Of a stretch of DNA of 64,000 nt, positions 8,045 to 20,000 are shown in pieces (positions within the stretch are counted from its first letter, which is position 1; every line of letters starts with the position of its first letter). The notes beneath the pieces are model-generated. The model was not told where the DNA came from, searched no databases, and saw nothing but the letters and a program-made list of their open reading frames with translations. The stretch is from contig JBBQWV010000016.1 of the NCBI GenBank assembly GCA_038210275.1, forward strand, positions 5,447 to 69,446, read 5' to 3'. The DNA is from Candidatus Kapaibacterium sp. (GTDB lineage Bacteria > Bacteroidota > Ignavibacteria > Palsa-1295). Both the position numbers and the translations under genes were made by a program.

Positions 8045-9931
8045 ATGAAACATAGTAAACTCCTTAGGATGGTCGCATGGCTTGCCGTGTTGAGCATCGG
8101 AATGATCGGAGAAGTATTCGCTCAGGTACCATCGCTTGTTACCCAACAAACGAGGTTATCAACGGGCGGACCGACTCCAAGTTACGTCCAACTCCGTGCA
8201 AAAGCAGGCGTTGGAACAAGTACTGATGCCTACTTCTGGGATCAGGCACCTGCACCGACAGCCAATACGAATTACTCGCTTTGGTTGGACGCTAATAACA
8301 ATATCGTTCGAAGCAATCCGTTCGGACCGGGACAGTCAAATTACTTGATGCAGGTCAATGCAACAGGTACTGGTCTGCAATGGGTGAATCCTGCGAATTT
8401 AACCACTCTTGCAGGAGATATCATCGGACAGACTGGTGACGATTCAGTGAACGTCGGACATAGCGGTTTAAATAACCGTTTGATTCTGGGTATCAATAAT
8501 GCTACAGGATATGACGGAACGAGCTTGATCGCCATTGACCGTGGAGGTACGAACAGCAATGCAGTTCCGACTGCAGGTGCTATTGCTTACGGTGACGGTA
8601 CAAAATATATGTTCAATGCTGTGGGTACGACGGGTCAGATTCTTGCTTCAACCGGAGCGGGTGTTCCGATCTGGGTGAATTCACCTTCACTGCTCACATT
8701 TGATAACGGCTTGACTAAAACACTGGATAATGTTCAGTTTGGCGGACCACTTGTGAAGGCAACGTCAGTTGATCAGGCAACATTCGGTTTGACGTTCACC
8801 AATGGTACACTTGACCTTGGTAGTGCAGTCGGAACTTACGATATCAATATTGATCTCGGAAATTCAGCGACTCATAACATGAATATGAAGAACATCGCTG
8901 TTGATCTAACTGCTCCGAACATCCTTGCACTTGATGCAGCGGGCAATGTTCGTACCCGTACGTTCGGATCAATTATTACTGCTGATAACGGTTTGATCAC
9001 CAACGGCTTAGGGTTGGTATCAATGGGCGCTCCTGCAACAGGAGGCGCATTGCTTTTAACCGATCGTTTTATTGGTTTGGCTACACATAAGTTGACTTAT
9101 GAAGGTGCCGGTGATTTCAATATCGGTGACGGTACATCTGCTCAGAACATTACTTTGGATCCGAGCGCAACCGGTTCTACAAACTTCAAAAATTTGGCGA
9201 ATCAGGCTGCTCCTGCGGCAACGGATAGGTTCGTCATGATGAGCACCGGATCGGATAAAGCTTTCACGCGCACACTTGCATCGCTTGTGAATGCTGATAA
9301 CGGTTTAGTCGTAGATAATACGGTTACTCCAGGTACAAGCACAGTTCAGCTTGGTGCTCCGGCAACAGGCGGCGCATTGCTTTTATCAAACCGGTTTATT
9401 GGACTTCGTGGATTTGCATTGAACTTTGACGGAGACGGAAGCATCAATATGGGCGCTTCGGGTAACGTTAATGTGAATGTCAATACCGGTGCAACTGGCA
9501 ATATGACGCTTCAGGGTACGACCTTGAGTGCTGGAGCTGGAACACCGAAATTTGATAACATGGCATTTGTTGACGGAACTACGAACAATGTTCGTATTGC
9601 GAAGACAACAGATATCACGACCAATGCGACACCGACGATGTTTATAACCGTCGATGCCACAGGTAATATCACAAAGTCCGTCAGCCCAACAACAGGGTTT
9701 GCTAAAGGACAGATCGCAGGAAACGGAAGTTATCAGTACACCTCACCTGTAATAGCTACGGGTATCGTTGCCGGAGCTTCAATCACTTGTACGGTACAAA
9801 ACATGACCGGTATAACAGGTACGATTCTTGTGCAGGTAACAGGTGTCAATACTGCTGCAGGTACATTTACGGTTGAGACATCAGAGAGTATTCAAAACGG
9901 CTCGTTTATTAACTACGTCGTAATGAATTAA
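8045..9931 (+). CDS. Secreted tail-fibre-like repeat protein (paralogue 2). ORF track starts at 8015; 8045 (MKHSKLLRMVAWLAVLSIGMIGEVFAQ) is the likelier start
   Basis: Signal peptide, then Gly/Thr/Asn-rich β-repeat sequence. Repeated LLL(T/S)(D/N)RFIGL motif (GAPATGGALLLTDRFIGL / GAPATGGALLLSNRFIGL). C-terminus ...GTFTVETSESIQNGSFINYVVMN resembles the C-termini of 6416 and 11003 proteins. Confidence 0.65.
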   Translation: MKHSKLLRMVAWLAVLSIGMIGEVFAQVPSLVTQQTRLSTGGPTPSYVQLRAKAGVGTSTDAYFWDQAPAPTANTNYSLWLDANNNIVRSNPFGPGQSNYLMQVNATGTGLQWVNPANLTTLAGDIIGQTGDDSVNVGHSGLNNRLILGINNATGYDGTSLIAIDRGGTNSNAVPTAGAIAYGDGTKYMFNAVGTTGQILASTGAGVPIWVNSPSLLTFDNGLTKTLDNVQFGGPLVKATSVDQATFGLTFTNGTLDLGSAVGTYDINIDLGNSATHNMNMKNIAVDLTAPNILALDAAGNVRTRTFGSIITADNGLITNGLGLVSMGAPATGGALLLTDRFIGLATHKLTYEGAGDFNIGDGTSAQNITLDPSATGSTNFKNLANQAAPAATDRFVMMSTGSDKAFTRTLASLVNADNGLVVDNTVTPGTSTVQLGAPATGGALLLSNRFIGLRGFALNFDGDGSINMGASGNVNVNVNTGATGNMTLQGTTLSAGAGTPKFDNMAFVDGTTNNVRIAKTTDITTNATPTMFITVDATGNITKSVSPTTGFAKGQIAGNGSYQYTSPVIATGIVAGASITCTVQNMTGITGTILVQVTGVNTAAGTFTVETSESIQNGSFINYVVMN

Positions 9932-9944
9932 TTTATTTTTCATG

Positions 9945-10000
9945 ATGGGAGCGGTCTTGGCGCCACTGAGCCGTTCCTATCATGAATTTATTTCAGAGTT
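9945..10000 (+). terminator. Putative intrinsic terminator after the 8045 gene
   Basis: Imperfect 15-bp inverted repeat TCATGATGGGAGCGG ... CCGTTCCTATCATGA (13/15 complementary, loop contains palindrome GGCGCC), followed by TTTATTT. Confidence 0.45.
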
Positions 10001-10048
10001 TACAAGAGAGAGAGGGAGCCATTAGTTTGCCAATATCAACACGGCTCG

Positions 10049-10834
10049 TTGAAAAAGAGAGAAACAATTTGTATGTGCGCACTAGCGAAAAATCGAATTG
10101 AAGCTTGTATCATTGGCATTATCACTTTGGTGATGATGCCGATGGTTCTTGCTGCGCAACCAACATCGTCGGCACTTGAAAACCCACCGCCTGTTTCACA
10201 GCGCACTTATACTGCGCCACCGCCGAAGGCGAAACAAGAGACTGTAAGAACTATAGCGATCAACGAAGCTCCAAGACCCTTACCTCAACAAATATCAGAT
10301 ATTGAGCCTCGTATAGAAATTTTAAAAGTAAGCGCCGGAAACCCGGATCATTTATCCGCAGGATTTTATGCTTCCTTTGAACCAAAGACATACGACACAG
10401 TCTTTATTTATGAAGGGGAAACCGATAAGTATGAAGTGATAGGCATTCATGCTAATAAAGAAGTCATACAAGGTGATTCCGGATCAGTTGCAGAAGAGGT
10501 AACCTTTCGGATGAATCACTTCAATGAAAACGATATACCTGTTGCCAACGAGCAGCATACGAAGACGAATTCCATGATCATTCGGACCGGATTTATTCCT
10601 TCACAAGGATTCGGATCCAAGCGATATAGATTTGCTATCAAGCCCGGAAAATTTATTTTGTCCGGCAATTCAATGATCTCCGCATCGGTCCACATGACGC
10701 ACGGAGAGAATATTGGCACCATACTGTGTGCAGTGACAAATATTGATTTTAAGAAAGGGATATTCTATGTCGAGACATCGAATGAAGTCCCGAAGGGAGA
10801 AGATATTAACTGGATCATTATCAACTCGATGTGA
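10049..10834 (+). CDS. Hypothetical secreted protein (start could be 10073, MCALAKN...)
   Basis: N-terminal hydrophobic segment IIGIITLVMMPMVLAAQ, then a Pro-rich stretch. No recognisable domain. It sits between the tail-fibre-like paralogues. Confidence 0.45.
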   Translation: MKKRETICMCALAKNRIEACIIGIITLVMMPMVLAAQPTSSALENPPPVSQRTYTAPPPKAKQETVRTIAINEAPRPLPQQISDIEPRIEILKVSAGNPDHLSAGFYASFEPKTYDTVFIYEGETDKYEVIGIHANKEVIQGDSGSVAEEVTFRMNHFNENDIPVANEQHTKTNSMIIRTGFIPSQGFGSKRYRFAIKPGKFILSGNSMISASVHMTHGENIGTILCAVTNIDFKKGIFYVETSNEVPKGEDINWIIINSM

Positions 10835-11002
10835 TCTGGTTTTAGATTTGCCTTTAAAAAGAGTGTTTGTTTCCCATGTACAGTTTCTTGACATTACGTT
10901 TGCTTTTTAACAAATTGGCGAATTTAGGCTTTTGTGGATAAGCAGTGGAATACGCTGCGCACAATGAACGTTAAATTTGCACAATAACAAAATGCCTCAA
11001 AG

Positions 11003-14000
11003 ATGATACTGAAAAAATTTTCGGTATTTTACGTCTTATTTTTTATTTGCCTTACCGCAACGATCGTTCGCGGTCAGGCAAGTATGCAGCGTGGAGTCCG
11101 TATCTCCAACGCTAATGGCAATATTGTAACGATTCAAACCGGAATCGCTCCGCAAACCTATAGCCTCGTCCTTCCACTTACTTCGAATCCATCCCTTACA
11201 ACGGCTTCAGTTCTTTACGGACTCGGAACTGGTAATCTCACATGGACAGATATCACCGGCGTTGCTGATGGATGGCTGTTGGCGCTCAAAACTTCCGGGG
11301 GTAATCTTGTGCCAACATGGATTGATCCAACGACGATTGGCGCATGGGCACTGAATGGAAATGCAACCATCTCCGCGTGGAATGGCTCGGCAGGAAATTT
11401 TCTCGGTACGACTTCTGCACAGCCTTTAGTTGTTGCAACGACCAACTCCACTCCACAAGATATTATATTCATGACGGGCAACACTGAGAAGATGCGATTG
11501 CTCGGTTCGGGAGAATTGGGAATCGGATTAAGTCCGGTTTCAGGAAGACTTCTTGATGTTGGTGGAACATCGGGAACGGCAAACATTCGCTTCACATCAC
11601 TTTCCGGAGCTGATCTTAATACAGCACTGGCTGCGACCGATGGTTTAGTGATCGCCGATAATAACGGTGATCTGACAAAACGCTCGCCGTCTATTTTGGG
11701 TACGGTACTTGCGGGATCTTATGTTCAGTATGATCTTGCTGGAACACAAAATATCTCTGCCACTCGCCCGGATTATCTTTTTAATGTTGCTTATGCGAAT
11801 GCTGCGTCTGATGCTAATGCTGCCGGAGCGGTGATTACTTCTGCATCAGGTGCAACAAACCGCAGCGCTGCTGGTTTGGCTGTAACGGCCACAGCAACAG
11901 GAACGGGTACATCTACCGGATTGAATGTTACAGCCGGAGGTGGCGCTACAAATTATGCGGCACTATTCAATGGCGGCAGAGTCGGTATCGGGCAGAGCAC
12001 ACCATCACAATTACTTGAAGTTCGCGACGGAAATCTTTTCTTATCGAATTCTGGAACAGCAAGTCAGTTACAATTGCAAGGCACAGGTACGGGACTGAGT
12101 ACTTTGCAAGCGGGAGCGCAAGGGACAAATATTTTTAATCTTACTCTGCCCACTTCTACTCCATCAGCGAATCAGGTATTGGGTGTGAATGCTATTTCAG
12201 GCGCAGGACCTTATGCAATTACACTTGGATGGCAGAATATTATCAGCGGTTCGTTTGTAAATTATAATACTACTTCAGTTCAAAATAGCGGAGTCATTAC
12301 TTCGCCAAATTATCTTTTTAATGTTGCTTACGCTGGAAGCGCAACGACGAACGATGCGCTCGGAGCTGTTATTTCATCTGTTGGAGGAACATCCGGAGCA
12401 ACAAATGCAACAGGACTCGCCGTTACTGCTACTGCAAATAGCACCGGTACATCGACGGCGCTGAATGTTACCGCCGGTGGGGGATCGACAAATTATGCCG
12501 CACTCTTCAATGGAGGAAAAGTCGGAATAGGGCAGAGTGCTCCTACACAATTGCTTGAAGTTCGAAACGGAAATTTCTTGCTTTCAAATTCCGGAACTGC
12601 AGATCAATTACAATTTCAAGGAACAAGTTCGGGCATCACCACTTTTCAGGCAGGAGCACAAGGCGCGACAAATATTAATTATACACTCCCCACATCTGCC
12701 TCTGCTGCGAACGGCTATGTACTTGCATCAACAACAGGCGGAGTGATGAGTTGGACTGATCCTTCAGCTCTTGTATCAAGTAATTATTGGTCACTTGCAG
12801 GAAATGCGATTGCTTCAGCTTGGAATGGCGCAGCCGGAAGTTTTCTGGGCACGACAAGCACACAGCCATTAGTTGTTGCCACAACGAACACCACAACACC
12901 GCAGCCAATAGAATTTTTTACGAACAATGCTGAGAAGATGCGGCTTACTTCTGCCGGGAATCTCGGAATTAATCAAACAAATCCTTCACAACTTCTGGAT
13001 GTTGCCAACGGCAATATTTTACTTTCAAATTCCGGGACAGCCGGTCAATTACAATTTCAAGGTACAAGTTCAGGCATTACATCCTTGCAAGCAGGAGCAC
13101 AAGGAGCTAATACATACAACGTAACATTTCCGATCACAACACCTGCAGCAAATCAAGTATTGGGAGTCAGTGCGATTTCTGGTGCTGGTCCATACTCAAT
13201 AGCATTAGGATGGCAGAATGTTTTCAGTGGCTCGTTCGTAAATTACAATACGGCATCGGCGCAGAATACTGCCATCATCACCTCACCGAATTATCTTTTT
13301 AATGTTGCCTATACATCAAGTGCAACAACGAATAATGCGTTAGGGGCAGTTATTACTTCTGTCGGTGGTACTTCCGGAGCGACCAACGCATCAGGTCTTG
13401 CAGTAACTGCCACTGCAAATGGAGCAGGTACTTCAACGGGTTTGAATGTTACCGCAAGCGGAGGTACTACAAATTATGCTGCATTATTCAGCGGTGGCAA
13501 TGTAGGTATTGGACAAGTTTCGCCAACGCAATTACTCGAAGTTCGTAACGGAAATTTCTTGCTTTCAAATTCCGGAACAGCGGATCAATTGCAATTCCAG
13601 GGCACGAGCACCGGCATTACAACTTTTCAAGCGGGCGTTCAGGGAGCGACGAATATAAATTATACTCTGCCGACTGCTGCTGCGGTTGCAAATGGTTATG
13701 TTCTTTCATCAACAACGGGCGGTGTGATGAGTTGGAGCGATCCATCATCGCTTATTGCAAGTAATTATTGGTCACTTACCGGAAATGCAACAGCATCGGC
13801 ATGGAATGGTGCTGCCGGAAATTTCTTAGGTACGACAAGCACACAGCCACTTGTCGTTGCAACAACGAATACCACGACACCTCAGCCTATAGAATTTTTC
13901 ACGAACAATGTTGAGAGCGCACGTATTGCTTCGACAGGTGAATTTGGTATTGGTTTAACTCCTACAGCCGGAAGACTTCTTCATGTTGCTGGTACTGGTG

Positions 14001-17000
14001 GAACAGCGAATATTCGTTTTAACTCCTTATCAGGTGCTGATCTTAATACGGCTTTAGCTGCCACAGATGGGTTAGTGATAGCTGATAATAATGGTGATCT
14101 TACCAAACGTTCTCCTTCAGTCTTGGGAACTGCGCTGACTGGATCGTACGTGCAGTATGATATTTCTTCGCAGCAAAGTATTTCCGTTACTCGGGCAAAT
14201 AATTTATTTAATGTTGCCTACAATGCTGCTGCCACAGATGCGAATGCGGCAGGAGCTATTATCTCATCTGTAGGCGGCGCGACAAATAGAAGTGCAAACG
14301 GACTTGCCGTTACTGCAACTGCAACTGGAACAGGAACATCAACTGGGTTGAATGTCACTGCTGGCGGCGGTGGAACAAATTATGCTGCATTGTTTAGTGG
14401 CGGCAATGTGGGAATTGGTCAGGCAACGCCGACGCAATTGCTTGAACTTCGCAATGGTAATTTTTTACTTTCTAATTCCGGTTCTGCAGACCAACTTCAA
14501 TTTCAAGGCACGAGTACCGGGATAACAACTTTCCAAGCAGGGGTGCAAGGTGCGACGAATATCAATTACACGCTTCCAATTTCAGCTGCAGCTGCAAATA
14601 ATTATGTGATGGCTTCGACGACTGCGGGAGTACTTAGTTGGGTGGATGCTTCGACGATTACGAATGATTGGCATTTAATCGGAAACGCAACAGCTTCCGC
14701 ATGGAATGGAGCTGCTGGAAATTTCTTAGGGACGACAAGTACTCAGCCGCTTGTGGTTGCAACGACGAATACTACGACTCCACAGCCTATAGAGTTCTTC
14801 ACGAACAATACGGAGAAGATGCGTTTATTACCATCAGGTAATTTTGGTATTGGACAAACAAATCCATCTCAATTACTCGAAGTTCGTAATGGTAATTTCT
14901 TGCTTTCGAATTCAGGTTCAGCCGATCAGTTACAATTCCAGGGGACAAGCACAGGGATAACAACTTTCCAAGCAGGGGTGCAAGGTGCGACGAATATCAA
15001 TTACACGCTTCCAATTTCAGCTGCAGCGGCAAATAATTATGTGATGGCTTCGACGATTGCGGGAGTACTTAGTTGGGTGGATGCTTCGACGATTACGAAT
15101 GATTGGCATTTAATTGGCAACGCAACAGCTTCTGCATGGAATGGCGCTGCCGGAAATTTCTTAGGCACGACCAGTACTCAGCCTCTTGTGGTTGCAACAA
15201 CAAATACCACGACTCCACAGCCGATAGAATTCTTCACAAATAATACGGAGAAGATGCGCTTGCTGCCATCGGGTAATCTCGGTATAGGACAAACGAATCC
15301 ATCGCAGCTTCTTGAAGTTCGCAACGGCAACCTTCTTCTTTCGAATTCTGGTTCAGCAGATCAATTACAATTCCAAGGTACAGGTGCCGGAACGACGAGC
15401 TTTTTAGCCGGTGCTCAGGGAGTGACAAATCTTACATATACTCTTCCTATTTCAGCGCCTTCTGCTAACTCATTATTTTATTCATTGGGCGGAGCTGCAA
15501 GTAATTTGTCATGGTCGAATGCCGGTAGCAATGGACAGATACTCACGGTCACGGGCGGAGTACCTTCATGGCAGAACGCCTCGATATTAAATGGCAACTT
15601 TGTTCTTTATGATGTGACGACACCTCAAAATCTTTCAGTCACACGTACTGATAATTTATTTAATGTTGCCTACGCTGCCGGAGCAAATGATGCTAACGCC
15701 GCTGGCGGTGTTGTCACTTCAGTAGGCGGAGCAACGAACAGAAGTGCTACAGGACTCTCAGTGACTGCAACAGCGACAGGAACGGGTACATCAACCGGAT
15801 TAAATGTTACATCAGGTGGCGGCGGAACAAATTATGCTGCATTATTTAACGGAGGAAATGTAGGAATTGGTCAGGCAGCGCCGACGCAATTACTTGAAGT
15901 TCGTAATGGAAATTTGTTGCTCTCAAATTCAGGTTCAGCCGATCAGTTGCAATTCCAAGGTACGAGCACAGGGCTAACAACATTCCAAGCAGGGGTGCAG
16001 GGTGCGACGAATATAAATTATACTCTCCCTATTTCTGCCGCTGCAGCAAATAATTATGTAATGGCTTCGACAACAACCGGGACACTGAGTTGGGTTGATG
16101 TTTCAACTATTACAAATGATTGGCATTTAATTGGCAATGCAACAGGATCGGCTTGGAACGGTGCAGCGGGAAGTTTTCTTGGTACGACAAGTACACAGCC
16201 TCTTGTCGTTGCAACGACAAATACTACTACTCCTCAGCCGATAGAATTCTTTACAAATAATGCTGAGAAGATGCGCATTGCTTCTTCGGGAAATGTCGGT
16301 ATTAATCAAACTAATCCATCGCAGCTGCTTGAAGTTCGCAACGGAAATCTTCTCATTTCGAATTCAGGTTCGTCAGGTCAATTGCAGTTGCAAGGATCAA
16401 GTACTGGCGCTTCAACTTTCTTGGCAGGTTCACAGGGCGCTGTCAATATTAATTATACGCTTCCTGTTTCTTCGCCTTCGGCAAACTCATTGCTATATTC
16501 TTCCGGCGGAGCGACAAATAATCTTGTATGGTCCAATACCGGAAGTAATGGACAGATATTAATAGTAACAGCCGGAGTTCCGAGTTGGCAGAATTCAAAT
16601 ACACTGACAGGTTTTGTGCTCTATGATGTGACGACTCCGCAAAATTCCTCTGTTACGCGTACAGATAATTTATTTAATCTTGCGTATGGGGCTGGTGCGA
16701 ATGATGTTAATGCAGCAGGAGCAGTAATATCTTCAACTGGTGGGGCAACCAATCGCAGTGCAACAGCACTTTCATTAACCTCGGCAGCAACCGGAACCGG
16801 GACTTCTACCGGATTAAGCGTAACTGCTTCAGGTGGTACAACACAGACAGCAATTATAGCGACAGGTAATATAAATTTGCTCAGCGCAGGCGGAGTAGCG
16901 AGTAATTTAAGTTTACAAAATCCGGCAGGGACGTTCGCTTCAAGTTTTACGTCGGGTACGCAAGCAGCGAACATTAATTATACATTGCCAATATCTGTCG

Positions 17001-20000
17001 CTGCATCAAACGGATATGTACTCTCATCCTCAACAACTGGTTCGCTTAGTTGGGTAGATGCGACGACTGTTACCAATGATTGGCATTTAATTGGAAATGC
17101 AACCGGATCGGCATGGAATGGCGCAGCAGGAAGTTTCCTCGGAACGACAAGTACTCAGCCATTAGTAATCGCAACAACAAATACGACGACACCACAGCCG
17201 ATCGAATTCTTCACGAACAATACGGAGAAGATGCGGTTGCTGCCTTCGGGTAATTTTGGTATTGGGCAAACTAATCCATCGCAGTTGTTCGAAGTACGTA
17301 ATGGTAATTTCTTGCTTTCAAATTCAGGAGCCTCTGATCAATTACAATTCCAGGGAACAGGGTCAGGTATAACAACCTTCGCAGCAGGTGCACAAGGAGT
17401 AACGAATCTTAACTATACTCTGCCGATCTCTGCCCCTGTTGCGAACTCATTGCTCTATTCTTCAGGCGGTGCGGCAAGTAATTTATCGTGGTCGAATACC
17501 GGAACGGCGGGACAAATTTTAACGATCACCGGTGGAATACCAAGTTGGCAGAATTCCAATACGCTTACTGGCTTTGTACTCTACGATGTAACGACTCCAC
17601 AAAATTCATCTGTTACTCGCACAGATAATTTATTTAATCTTGCTTATGGAGCTGGCGGCAATGATGCGAATGCTGCCGGAGCTGTTATCAGTTCAACAGG
17701 TGGAGCTACCAATAGAAGCGCGACAGCTTTATCATTGACTTCAACTGCGACAGGCACAGGCACTTCAACAGGGTTAAGCATAACTTCATCAGGTGGTACA
17801 ACTCAAACAGCTATTTCCGCGACAGGAAATATCAATTTATTGAGCGCTGGCGGTTTGGCAAGCAGTTTCAGTCTGCAGAATCCGGCTGGTACTTTTGCGA
17901 CAAGTTTTTCTGCAGGTGCGCAGATCGCAAATATTGGTTACACACTTCCTACTGCCGGAGCAGCAGCGAATGGATATGTTCTTTCGGCAACAACAACGGG
18001 AGTTCTGAGTTGGAGCAATCCAACTGTTCTTCTTAGTAATAATTACTGGACTCTTTCAGGTAATTCCGGAACGACAGCATATAACGGCGCAACAGGCAAC
18101 TTCTTAGGTACAACGGATGCACAGCCGTTAGTTCTTGCAACAACGTTTACTGCAACACCGCAGCCGATAGAGTTCTTTGCGAATAATTTGGAGAAGATGC
18201 GCATTGCTGCAAACGGCAATGTCGGAATCGGTCAGACAAATCCGTCTCAGCTTCTTGAACTTAAAAATGGTAATCTGTTATTTTCAAATACTACTGGCAC
18301 TGCGGATCAGTTACAACTTCAAGGTACGGCGGCAGGTATAACGACTTTCGCTGCAGGCGCACAAGGAGCAACGAATCTTAATTACACACTTCCGATCCTA
18401 ACTCCGGCGGCAAGTTCATTGCTCTACTCATCCGGCGGTGCAGCAAGTAATTTATCGTGGTCGAATACCGGAACGGCGGGACAAATTTTAACAATCACAG
18501 GCGGAATACCTTCGTGGCAGAATTCAAATACTCTGACAGGTTTTGTGCTCTATGATGTGACTACTCCTCAGAATGCATCTGTAACACGCACTGATAATTT
18601 ATTTAATATTGCCTATGGTGCAGGCGGCAATGATGCGAATGCTGCGGGTGCAGTAATAACTTCTGTCGGCGGAGCCACGAATAGAAATGCAACAGGTCTT
18701 TCTGTGACAACAACTGCAACCGGCACCGGTACCTCGACAGGATTGAATATAACTACTGGTGGTGGTACAACAAATTATGCTGCAACATTCAGCGGCGGCA
18801 ATGTTGGAATCGGTCAGGTTGCACCGACGCAATTGCTTGAAGTCAAGAATGGTAATCTTCTACTTTCAAATTCCGCGACTGCCGATCAGTTGCAATTTCA
18901 AGGTACAAGTACTGGCCTGAGCACATTCGCAGCCGGAGTGCAAGGAGCGAATACTTTTAACTACACGTTGCCGATCACTACGCCATCAGCAAATCAAGTC
19001 TTGACCGCGACGGCAGTTTCCGGTGCAGGTCCTTTTGCAGTGACATTGGGGTGGCAAAATGCTTCAGGCTCATTTGTGAACTACAATACAGCCACAGTAC
19101 AAAATTCTGCAGTTATCACATCACCGAATTATCTCTTTAATGCAGCCTACGCCGCAAGTGCCACAGCAAATAATGCACTTGGCGGAGTGATTACATCTGC
19201 AAGCGGAACGTCGGCTGCAACAAATGCAACGGGTCTTGCTGTGACCGCGACTGCAAATGGAGCAGGTACCTCAACAGCATTGAATGTTACGGCAGGTGGT
19301 GGTACAACAAATTATGCTGCATTATTTAATGGCGGAAATGTTGGAATTGGTCAAGCCACTCCATCGCAATTACTTGAAGTGCGAAACGGAAATCTTTTGC
19401 TTTCAAACTCAGGTTCAGCCGATCAGTTACAATTCCAAGGGACAAGCACAGGAATAACGACATTGCAAGCAGGTGCTCAGGGAGTAACAAGTCTTAATTA
19501 TACACTTCCGATCACTGCGCCGGCTGCAAGTTCATTATTATATTCATCAGGTGGAGCGGCAAGTAATTTATCCTGGTCGAATACAGGAAGCAATGGTCAG
19601 ATCCTGACAATTACGGCAGGAGTACCTTCTTGGCAGAATGCTTCGGCTCTCAACGGATCGTTCGTTCAATATGATGTTACCTCAGCGCAAAATGGATCAG
19701 CGACACGTACGGATAATCTTTTTAATGTTGCGTATGCTGCAGGTGCAAGTGATGTGAATGCGGCAGGCGCAGTAATAACTTCTGTCGGCGGAGCCACGAA
19801 TAGAAATGCAACAGGTCTTTCCGTGACAACAACTGCAACCGGCACCGGTACCTCGACAGGATTGAATGTAACTGCAGGTGGTGGCGGAACAAATTATTCC
19901 GCATTATTTAATGGTGGTAATGTGGGTATCGGACAAGCAACGCCAACACAATTGCTTGAAGTCAAGAATGGTAATCTTCTACTTTCAAATTCCGCGACTG

